Shown here: positions 27,540 to 35,506 of the stretch, piece by piece | How the letters are laid out: every line of letters starts with the position of its first letter | Position numbering within the stretch: position 1 is the first letter of the stretch | Assembly (NCBI GenBank): GCA_040752695.1 | Contig: JBFMGO010000039.1 | Location: 1 to 35,506, forward strand | Source of the DNA: a bacterium | GTDB taxonomy: Bacteria; SZUA-182; DTGQ01 | Direction: 5' to 3' | Length of the DNA: 35,506 nucleotides | Notes under the pieces: model-generated | The model's input: the letters and a program-made list of their open reading frames with translations, nothing else | What the model was told of the DNA's origin: nothing | Database searches by the model: none | Made by a program: the position numbers and the translations under genes

Positions 27540-29204
27540 ATGTCGATCCGTGACCAAATAAGCATGGGGTTTGATGTACAACCGGGCAAAAGACAAGAGA
27601 TTATGGCAGCGCACATAACAATGACAGAGCGGTCTGAAGTAGCTTACTGGCTCGAACTCACGATGGCAACGGGCATAACCATCCTGGGTTTGTGCCTGAA
27701 CAGCACGGCGGTCGTGCTGGGAGCGATGCTCCTTTCACCGCTCACCCTTCCTATCGTTCAGATAGGATTATCATTTGCAACAGGTTTTCTTTACCTGACG
27801 ATGCGCTCTTTTATCCGGGTTATCCTGAGCCTTGTATTTGTGATAAGCTTATCCTCACTGGTTACGGCGCTTTTGCCGTTCAGGGAGATAACGGCTGAAA
27901 TCGCCGCACGTACACAGCCGACCGCATTGGACCTTTTGATCGCTCTTTTTTGCGGATTGGCGGCCTCATTCGCCGTAACCCGCCGCAACAACGATGCGGT
28001 AACCGCAGCGGCAGGCACTATCACGGCAGTAGCCCTGGTACCGCCTTTGTGCGTAGTCGGATTCGGTATAGGCATTGCCTCAAAAGCGGTTACCTTAGGC
28101 GCCACACTGCTTTTCATCACCAATTTCGCAGCTATCGTATTGGTTTCCACCAGCTTTTTTCTGTTGCTCGGATTCGATCTGGTGGACCTGGGAGTAGTCG
28201 AAAAACAGGTCTTCAAAGAAAGCCACTGTAATTCCCCCCTTTTTAAGTTTGTAAAACACATCAAGACTCCACTCCTGCGGCCTCCCTGGCGCTTCGTCAG
28301 CAGGTTGCTTCTTCCTCTTATTTTTGTGGCCATCATAGCTCAACCTCTGGCCAAAGGGCTTTCTGAAGTCGCCTGGCAAATCACGGCCAAAACCAAATCC
28401 AAGAAGGTCCTCGACGATATGGAAAACAAATACAGTATCCTGCAGCGTTCAATTCTGGTCAGCCATGGTCAAATCAGTGTGGTGCTTACTGCCCAGGGAG
28501 AGTCAGATATGGTTGAAAAGCTCAGGAATGATGTCAGAATGCGGCTTGGAATGGCTACAGGCGTTGATCCCACAGTACAGGTCAAATTAGTGCCTTCCAC
28601 CGAAGCCATAAATAACATCGCGGAAAAGATCGCAACCTTGCAGCTCATCAGGCCGGCGGCTCCACCGCCGCCTCCGGAACCCACTCCTTTTGAGCATCTC
28701 CAAAAGCTTAAGCTGGCCGTTAATCAGGCGATCGGTCATCTGGCCTTGCCCCCTGAAACGGGAAAGCTACTCAGGTGGGGTGTTGAATTTAATCATGAAA
28801 GAATATCGCTGCACCTGTTGCGCCTTTCCGATGCTCCCCTGGATAAGGCGGCACAAGCCCTGCTGGCTCAGGTAATCGAGAAGGAGACTCACATCCCGCT
28901 CAACGTGCATGATGAATGCATCCCGGTAAGCCTGATTTCTGCCAGCAAGCCGGAGGAAGTGACTCCCGGTCCTGAACTGGCATCAGCTCTCCAGCTCATG
29001 GTACAAATCCCGTCCCTGCGGATTAAGGCCACTATGCCTGATCCGTCAAAAATCAAATTTCGCACTGCCCGCAACAAAGCAAAACAAGCGAATGCACGCT
29101 GTGATTCACTGCTGAAACAACTGCCGGTAGAGTGCGTTGTCCGGGAGGTCGGAGAAAATTGGGTCCTTACGGTGGAGGAAAAGCCAGTGGAACCTCTGTC
29201 CTGA
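27540..29204 (+). CDS. DUF389-family membrane protein with a long C-terminal extension
   Basis: NSTAVVLGAMLLSPL..PI, EIAARTQPTALDLLIAL..GLA, AVALVPPLCVVG, LLFITNF. ATG 27540 is preferred over the track start at 27390, which runs through the repeat. Confidence 0.88.
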   Translation: MSIRDQISMGFDVQPGKRQEIMAAHITMTERSEVAYWLELTMATGITILGLCLNSTAVVLGAMLLSPLTLPIVQIGLSFATGFLYLTMRSFIRVILSLVFVISLSSLVTALLPFREITAEIAARTQPTALDLLIALFCGLAASFAVTRRNNDAVTAAAGTITAVALVPPLCVVGFGIGIASKAVTLGATLLFITNFAAIVLVSTSFFLLLGFDLVDLGVVEKQVFKESHCNSPLFKFVKHIKTPLLRPPWRFVSRLLLPLIFVAIIAQPLAKGLSEVAWQITAKTKSKKVLDDMENKYSILQRSILVSHGQISVVLTAQGESDMVEKLRNDVRMRLGMATGVDPTVQVKLVPSTEAINNIAEKIATLQLIRPAAPPPPPEPTPFEHLQKLKLAVNQAIGHLALPPETGKLLRWGVEFNHERISLHLLRLSDAPLDKAAQALLAQVIEKETHIPLNVHDECIPVSLISASKPEEVTPGPELASALQLMVQIPSLRIKATMPDPSKIKFRTARNKAKQANARCDSLLKQLPVECVVREVGENWVLTVEEKPVEPLS

Positions 29205-29256
29205 AATTTTTCTCGTGCATATACGGGTTGAGAACCGATTGAGAATCGCTATCGAC

Positions 29257-29320
29257 TTCAGGAGTCAGGAGTCAGAAGCAAGAAGAAGTAATCATCTTCT
29301 TTTGACTTCTGACTCCTGAA
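29257..29320. terminator. Long hairpin built from heptamer repeats between convergent genes
   Basis: TTCAGGAGTCAGGAGTCAGAAG ... CTTTTGACTTCTGACTCCTGAA. Confidence 0.6.
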
Positions 29321-29375
29321 TAATCATATGCCTTCCTCCTGCAAGAATATTACGAACGGGTTCTTACCATGCAGC

Positions 29376-30323
29376 TCATTCTTTCACAAACTCGTAGGCC
29401 CCCATGTCGCAGGTGGCTACTCCATCACCGTCGCCATCCTGAGGTCTTGGCACGCCATCTTTATCCCTTTTCTCCAGAGTTTCATCGTTGGTGCCAGTGT
29501 CAATACAGGGCGAAGCGGCCTGCAGGTGATAGTCTCCCTCAGCCGGATCGACAAACAGGGGATCAGCATTGATATTTCCTTCACCTGGATACCCGCCAAG
29601 AACATCGGAATAGGTGATTGCAGGATTACCGGTATCCGCTATGGCGATTTCACGCATTGCCAAGTCTCCCCACAGTATGCAGTTGGTCACGACCGGTGAA
29701 GCCCCCGCATCACACCCAAGTCCTCCTCCTGCTGCGGCTGCCGAATTTTTGGTAATGGTACAGTGGATTATCTCAGGTGAGGATGCATTTGAACAACCGA
29801 TGCCCCCGCCGATGGAGCCGCTGGAATTTTCCATGATAATACAGTTGAGTATCATCGGAGAGGAATCGCGACAGCCGATCCCTCCGTAAGTGTCGGCAGA
29901 GTTTGCGGTAACAACACAATTGATAATAGTCGGTGATGAGGAATTGAAGCAGGCGACGCCGCCGCCAAAGTTAGATTTGCCATTCCTCATCGTAAGTCCG
30001 CTCAGTACCAGGTCCCTTCCCTCTCCGCAATCAATGAGAAAAACCCGGTCCTTCCCTTTGCCATCAATAATCGTTGCATCTACAACACTGGAATCTTCAG
30101 GATTGGTGCTCCGGACCGTAATAGCTGCTCCCCTGCACGTAAGGTTCTCGGAGTAAGTTCCAGGATAAATAATGACTTCGTCCCCGCCAATGGCAGCATC
30201 AATCGCCGCCTGGATGCTTTCTCCGGGACGAACTTCTATCGAAGCGGCTGAGGACACCGAGGCTCCCCATGTGACCGCGAATATAAGGATCATGGATAAA
30301 GCTAAAGTTTTTACCCTTCTCAT
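29376..30323 (-). CDS. Secreted right-handed beta-helix (pectin-lyase fold) protein with a choice-of-anchor-Q-like tail
   Basis: GGAGG RBS and ATG 30323; signal peptide; SIQAAIDAA, PGTYSEN, repeated GGG+.C...SP.I.NC.I..N, NINADPLFVD, YHLQAASPCIDTG, CDMGAYE. Confidence 0.88.
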   Translation of the reverse strand: MRRVKTLALSMILIFAVTWGASVSSAASIEVRPGESIQAAIDAAIGGDEVIIYPGTYSENLTCRGAAITVRSTNPEDSSVVDATIIDGKGKDRVFLIDCGEGRDLVLSGLTMRNGKSNFGGGVACFNSSSPTIINCVVTANSADTYGGIGCRDSSPMILNCIIMENSSGSIGGGIGCSNASSPEIIHCTITKNSAAAAGGGLGCDAGASPVVTNCILWGDLAMREIAIADTGNPAITYSDVLGGYPGEGNINADPLFVDPAEGDYHLQAASPCIDTGTNDETLEKRDKDGVPRPQDGDGDGVATCDMGAYEFVKE

Positions 30324-30547
30324 AACTCTTACCTCCGTACTATTTGCTATAACGCCGCTCATAGTATTTCATGTAATATTTCTCATACACACTGCTATTC
30401 ATTATAACTCGGAGGATTAAAAGCAATTGTTGGAGCAGGTGAAGACGTCCATCGTCTTCATGAGCGCAATTGCATGTACCTTGTCACAGTCAAGTTTGTG
30501 ATAAGAGGAGGTGCGCGTTGATCAGAGACTTTAGCCACATCAATGCC

Positions 30548-30571
30548 ATTCCCGCCTTCGTGGAAATGACG
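30548..30571 (-). repeat. REP-like hairpin; inverted copy of 20321-20344
   Basis: Reverse complement CGTCATTTCCACGAAGGCGGGAAT versus CGTCATTCCCGCGAAGGCGGGAAT (two mismatches). Confidence 0.7.
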
Positions 30572-30746
30572 GAATGGCCGAAATGGAGATAGCCGGCCAA
30601 GAAGCTGGTTTGCCTCTTATCATCCAAACGGCTCGTCCCCACAATTTTAAGGGTGAGAAGAAGCACCAGGTATAAAAGCCGGGCATAAGCCAGACATAAG
30701 CCGGGCCATAGGTGACATAAGGTTCTTCAGAAGATATGCTGGAACT

Positions 30747-30959
30747 TCAGCACTTATGGTGATAGAGAAACCATATTATCATGAGCAAGCTCCCTATCCC
30801 CACCATAGGTATGCCTATCATCAAGCCCTCAGTAAGGCCAGCTACGATCCCCAAAAGTATGATGAGCAGTCCTGTTCTTTTACTGAAGGGATTAAGAGGA
30901 AAGGTTACCATAGTGATAACCACACCCAGAGCCAGCAGTATCCGAATAACTAATCTCAT
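30747..30959 (-). CDS. Small membrane protein, about three TM segments
   Basis: MRLVIRILLALGVVITMVTFP...GSLLMIIWFLY is strongly hydrophobic; start uncertain (track 31004). Confidence 0.55.
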   Translation of the reverse strand: MRLVIRILLALGVVITMVTFPLNPFSKRTGLLIILLGIVAGLTEGLMIGIPMVGIGSLLMIIWFLYHHKC

Positions 30960-31781
30960 TGTCTTTTTCTTTAGCTGCTCATATTTGTTCAGGCAATGCA
31001 TCAAATTAAGGCAGTATCATTATGTATCATTTCGGGTGATGCGAGAAATCTAATAACCATCGTCCCTTCTGTCTTCAAGGCGAATCCATCGGCAGCTATT
31101 GGGAATCCATCAGCAACCATTGAATAGATTTCTCTCAGTTATTCGAAACGACAGGAACACTGTGTTGAAAAATAACACTGTAATTGTAATAGCTGTTGAA
31201 ATATGAGCGACCTTATTTAAAGTTATTGGGAATGTGCAGGTTACGGTGGTCACCCAACCTTCCCTGCGGTACAGATCAGCTTTCTTGTCAGAAAATGTAT
31301 CGCAGTCTGTCCCAAAAATCATGCGAAAAGCAGCTATGAGGCAGAGCCTGGGTAAACGCACAACGATGAGGGGGCGCGTTGCTGTATTGTGGGGACAGGC
31401 CCTATGAGTTACTATACACGAGTTTTTATTCTGCGGAGTTGCGGTTTTCAATCAACTCAGCAGGTAATTCTTAACTTATTGTAACTTAGTATAGTAAAGG
31501 TATATGCTATACATAGCACTATATTATAGCATTTCTTTATTAGGTATGCTATAGATTGTAGCAGTTTTCAGCATTTTTTTCGCTCACATCTGAACAGAGG
31601 TATCGCGGTAGTGCCAAGGCATTATTTTCACAGTTGCAAGGGTCCCCCTTTCGCCATATTGTATCAGCCATATACATGATGATGTATCCTTATAGTACAG
31701 GCCGAGGGAATTATGCGGCCAGTAATTGAATGGGGCCGTTTGTCGAAAATCCCTTCCATGGTCGCTAACGGGTCTCCCTCA

Positions 31782-31800
31782 CCCCCTTTACGAAAGGGGG
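31782..31800. repeat. CCCCCTTT-ACG-AAAGGGGG palindrome (REP-like or terminator)
   Basis: Perfect 8-bp stem, downstream of the DUF72 gene. Confidence 0.55.
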
Positions 31801-31894
31801 GATAAAAACCTTATATCATAAAAGGGGGGGGATGATAGTCGGCTGCGTATTTCATGTGCGGTGAACTCAGAGGGTCCCATCTGGCGGATCGTTT

Positions 31895-32659
31895 TCATCT
31901 AACCAGGTTTTGCGGCCCCTCAAGCTCTTCGTTCTCCAGGGAATTCTTCAACTGACCGGCATCGTAGACAGCATGGGCCATAGCGTCGTTATTAAAATAG
32001 GCATAAACATTCCCTGATTGTTTCCTGATCCATGCAGCCCAATCCTGAAGAGCCGCCTGTGAATATCTCCCCTGATACTTTCCCTGTGTTCCGTGGAATC
32101 GAAGGTAAGTGACCGGCCCCACGCTTTGCCTGGGACAGATTAGACCAGGCATATCATGAATGCAAAACGAGCAGCCATGCTGATCTAACAGGTTGAGTAT
32201 ATCATCTTCCATCCAGGACTGATCCCGAAATTCGAAAACATGAATCAGATCTGTGGGCAAGAGATCGAGAAAGCTCTCCAGTCGCCGGTAATTTTTTGTC
32301 CAGTGGGGCGGTAACTGATACAAAAGCGGTCCCAATTTCTGACCGAGTAGCCGCACGCGAACAATGAATTTTTCAAGAGAGTCCTTGGCATCGTGAAGTT
32401 TTTTTAAATGGGTGAGGTAGCGGTTAGCTTTAACGGCATAGATAAATCCATCCCTGGCCTGCCTTTCCCACTGGCGAAAAACCTGCTCTTCGGGCAGCTT
32501 ATAAAAGGTGTTATTAATTTCTACAGTATTAAATGAAGCCTGGTAAAAATCAAACCAATGCGTCTTTTGAACCTCTTCCGGATAAAAAAGTCCCCTCCAG
32601 TGAGGGTAGTTCCATCCTGAACAGCCGACCCGAACTCCCTTTGATCTGCCCATATTCAT
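31895..32659 (-). CDS. DUF72 (YecE-like) protein
   Basis: VGCSGWNYPHWRGLFYP, FNTVEINNTFY, KANRYLTH, LYQLPP, EFRDQSW, YLRFHG, YFNND. Confidence 0.95.
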   Translation of the reverse strand: MNMGRSKGVRVGCSGWNYPHWRGLFYPEEVQKTHWFDFYQASFNTVEINNTFYKLPEEQVFRQWERQARDGFIYAVKANRYLTHLKKLHDAKDSLEKFIVRVRLLGQKLGPLLYQLPPHWTKNYRRLESFLDLLPTDLIHVFEFRDQSWMEDDILNLLDQHGCSFCIHDMPGLICPRQSVGPVTYLRFHGTQGKYQGRYSQAALQDWAAWIRKQSGNVYAYFNNDAMAHAVYDAGQLKNSLENEELEGPQNLVR

Positions 32660-32970
32660 CACTATCCTTACTCCCCCCTTCTCATCCTGCTCCTTGCGCA
32701 GCAACCCACAATCCAATATTTGACCACGCTATCGACATTTTACCCGATGCCAATATCTTGCCCTCTATCGGCATTTTGCCTTATCGGTATAGACGGCCAG
32801 GTAATTGGAAGACTGAGGCACCAAAGTTTCCCTTTGGGGTCGCAAATTGATTAACACTGTGCAGGAATGCTCAGATATATAATTGATTACAATAGCAAGA
32901 CGATGATAAGGATTTACTTTAAAGAGAGTGATAAGAATCAACTTGCCGGTAAAAAGGAGGGTTATTTAAT

Positions 32971-33189
32971 ATGAATACCGCACAGGGAGTTACTGTTTTG
33001 GTGGTAATTATCTATGTTGCAGTGTGCTTCGGGAAGATAGCGGCTAAGCACGATAAAAATCCCATTCTTTATGGAATACTGTCAATTGTTTCACCAATTA
33101 ACCTGATCATCCTCGGATATTGGGCATTTTCGAATTTTGAATCCAGAACAAAAGAGAGAGAAAAACCTAGGGGAATAGAACGGGAATGA
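32971..33189 (+). CDS. Small two-TM membrane protein
   Basis: AAGGAGG RBS; KIAAKHDKNPILYGILSIVSPINLIILGYWAFS resembles common small membrane proteins. Confidence 0.75.
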   Translation: MNTAQGVTVLVVIIYVAVCFGKIAAKHDKNPILYGILSIVSPINLIILGYWAFSNFESRTKEREKPRGIERE

Positions 33190-33555
33190 TTGTTTGCTCT
33201 TACGGCAAAAAAACTTTTTACAGCGACTGACTATGCGCCGCTAAACAGCCAGCAAGGTTTCACCAAGACGAAAGGAGAAATATGAGAGTAACCATCAATG
33301 CTGTGAGCCTCAATCATTGGCCTTCTTGGCGAAACCTTGCTGATAAACTCAACGAGCTCGAGGCTCACAGCATTGACGATCTATCATAAATTGTAGCACC
33401 AAAGCATCATCGAACACAAATCTAAAAATGAAAAAAGTGACGAGAGCAGACTCTGAGCCCATCCCCCCCAAAAATAATAGGCCTACTTTACAGAGGCAGA
33501 GGGCCATATGCGTCAGACTAAATACGAGGCAAACGAAATCCACGGACAGTTTTGC

Positions 33556-33604
33556 CCCCTCACCCCGCCCTCTCCCCCAGCGGGGGAGAGGGATAGGGGG
33601 AGGG
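33556..33604. repeat. CCCTCACCC...CCCTCTCCC-GGGAGAGGG REP-like palindrome
   Basis: Perfect 11-bp stem CCCTCTCCCCC-AGC-GGGGGAGAGGG (33568-33592), about 60 bp past the stop of the HYR gene. Confidence 0.7.
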
Positions 33605-33665
33605 AGCCCTTTAAACCAACTGACTGGATAATTCCAGCGATGTGTACTCCTAGACTCCTGATAAG

Positions 33666-35506
33666 CTATAGCCTATATACCCCCTTCGGTAGCTGAGACG
33701 GCGTGCTGGGAAGGGGAGTCGTCTGAGGAGAACGCGGCATTTGGAGAGTGCCCGGTGTCTGGATAACGTCCGGTGTCTTAGGAGTGCTCGGCGTCTGGGG
33801 AATGCTTGGCGTCGCGGGAATGCTTGGCATCTGGAGAGTACTCGGTGTCTGGGTAACGGCCGGTGTCTTAGGAATGCTCGGCGTCTGGGTAACGGCCGGT
33901 GGCTCGGCAGCGCTCGGCGTTTGAGAAATACTTGGCGTCTGCGGAGTACTCGGCGTCTGTGAAATGCTTGGCGTCAGGACAATGGTCGGCACCTTGGGAA
34001 CACTCGGTGTCTTGGGATTGGTGTTTGTCGGAGGAGGAGCAACAGGCGTGCGAATTTCAGGATGCTCTCTGTAAACATAGCCTGCCCCGAGGAACTCACA
34101 CTCTTCACCATTGATCTCGAAGAAACCATTCACTTTAAAGTGGGTATCCGCAGGATATTCAGTAACATCCTTTTCATTGAATTTACAGATAACCTTACGT
34201 TCCACCCAATCACGGTTTATTGACAGCGCCGGTGCCCCATCGGCCCTTACACCGTATATACCCTTCTGCGGGGGGGTCTGGATGACAATAAGGTCATAAG
34301 GCGCAGGAAACTGGATGAAAGCTGTTAAAATGGTGGTTCCCGTATTCTGGATGTTTTCCTGAAGCTCGATCTGCTCTTCAGCCAGTCTGAGGATCACCGA
34401 AAATTTCACTGAGGTCTGGCTTATATTACCGCAGGCATCTGTAGCCGTCAACGTGATCACATTATTCCCGACCAGTTCCGCCAGGTTAAGCGGGATCGGT
34501 GAAGCCATTGTCATATCAACTGGTGCATGACCGTTATTGGACAGCTCTACACTTACGGATGGATTAAAATCACAGGTATCGACTACAGCATAACCAAAGC
34601 CGTCAGGGATGCCATCTTTGTTTGAATCTACAATATCCGTACTGAAATACTTATCTTTCAGGGAAAAGACAGTGATGACCGGATTCTCACTGTCAAGGAC
34701 GGTTACTTTGAAGCTGCACGTTGCGGTATTTCCACTTGCGTCTGTGGCTATATAGGTTACTACTGTCCCCTGGGCTGCGGCCTCGCATCCAGCGGGGAAG
34801 AAATCGCCAGGATTATGAGTGCTGGTCACATTTACAGGGCCGTTACAACTGCCGCTGAAGGTTGGGGGAGTCCAGGATACTGCGGCTCCACACTGTCCAG
34901 GATCGTTACTAACCGTGATATCCGGCGGGCAATTTTCAAGGGTCAGGGGCTCGCCAGCCGTGACCGTTACCATAAAGCTGCATGCTGTTGATACATTTCC
35001 ACAGGCATCGGAAGCCGTGTAGGTAACCAGCGTGCTTCCAACGGGGAAGATATCACCAGGATTATGGGTGCTGGTCACGGTCACCGGGCTGCAATTATCC
35101 GTAAAGGTCGGCGGAGTCCAGCTCACAGCACCTGCAGCAGCCGCTACCGTGATATCGGCAGGACAGCCGCTCACGACAGGTGCTTCCTTATCGAGGACCA
35201 CTACCTTGAAGCTGCACACCTTCGTATGTCCGCAACTATCAGTGAACGTATAGGTAACTATGGTTCCCTTGGGTCCGGGCAGGCATTCTGCGCCGACAGA
35301 GGAGCCTGCCGCATTACCGGCCTTGCCTGTGGACGATGGGGCAACCCCGGTTGCACTGGCGCCTGATGCGCATTCAGCGGGGAAGAAATCGCCAGGATTA
35401 TGGGTGCTGGTCACAGTCACTGGTTCCCAACCGCCGGTATAGGTTGGTGGAGTCCAGGATACGTGAGCCCCGCAGAGGCCAGGTTCGTTATTTACCATGA
35501 TATTGG
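33666..35506 (-). CDS. HYR-repeat surface protein with a Pro/Thr-rich tail (5' part outside the window)
   Basis: Repeats of CP.DITV...A.VSWTPPT.....VTSTHNPGD.FP.G.T.VTYTA.D..GN...CSF.V.V; C-terminal QTPS/KTP repeats; the frame is open to the window edge. Confidence 0.9.
   Translation of the reverse strand, partial: NIMVNNEPGLCGAHVSWTPPTYTGGWEPVTVTSTHNPGDFFPAECASGASATGVAPSSTGKAGNAAGSSVGAECLPGPKGTIVTYTFTDSCGHTKVCSFKVVVLDKEAPVVSGCPADITVAAAAGAVSWTPPTFTDNCSPVTVTSTHNPGDIFPVGSTLVTYTASDACGNVSTACSFMVTVTAGEPLTLENCPPDITVSNDPGQCGAAVSWTPPTFSGSCNGPVNVTSTHNPGDFFPAGCEAAAQGTVVTYIATDASGNTATCSFKVTVLDSENPVITVFSLKDKYFSTDIVDSNKDGIPDGFGYAVVDTCDFNPSVSVELSNNGHAPVDMTMASPIPLNLAELVGNNVITLTATDACGNISQTSVKFSVILRLAEEQIELQENIQNTGTTILTAFIQFPAPYDLIVIQTPPQKGIYGVRADGAPALSINRDWVERKVICKFNEKDVTEYPADTHFKVNGFFEINGEECEFLGAGYVYREHPEIRTPVAPPPTNTNPKTPSVPKVPTIVLTPSISQTPSTPQTPSISQTPSAAEPPAVTQTPSIPKTPAVTQTPSTLQMPSIPATPSIPQTPSTPKTPDVIQTPGTLQMPRSPQTTPLPSTPSQLPKGVYRL

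Noticed and set aside
31110..31451. 113-aa minus-strand ORF
   Set aside because: TTG start, no RBS, atypical composition and no recognisable domain.

Overview
A 35.5-kb accessory-rich chromosomal region from a diderm (Gram-negative) bacterium; gene style suggests a deltaproteobacterium-like or uncultured anaerobe, which is inference only. From left to right it holds: the 3' end and terminal repeat of an IS1-family element; a membrane HAMP-PAS hybrid histidine kinase; a FadL/OmpP1 outer-membrane channel; a 227-bp MITE interrupting the 5' end of a large NHL / dockerin-like / cohesin-like / Cys-rich surface protein; a Pro/Trp-rich secreted protein; a 9-gene efflux operon (DrrAB-like ABC pair, TetR, HlyD, two ATPases, two permeases, TolC) behind a sigma70 promoter embedded in a 54-bp palindrome; a REP-carrying MITE; a short bacterioferritin-like gene; a LOG/Moco-carrier-like gene; a MEDS-6xPAS hybrid kinase; a DUF389 protein; a secreted beta-helix protein; DUF72; several small membrane proteins; and a partial HYR-repeat surface protein. 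No rRNA, tRNA, CRISPR array, prophage or recognisable defence system was found. The best leads are the cohesin plus dockerin tandem in a non-cellulolytic protein, two interleaved (pseudoknot-topology) inverted repeats around a small ORF, a repeat-built chain of mini-ORFs inside the efflux operon, and pervasive short tandem duplications. All family calls come from motif recognition by eye; no searches were run.
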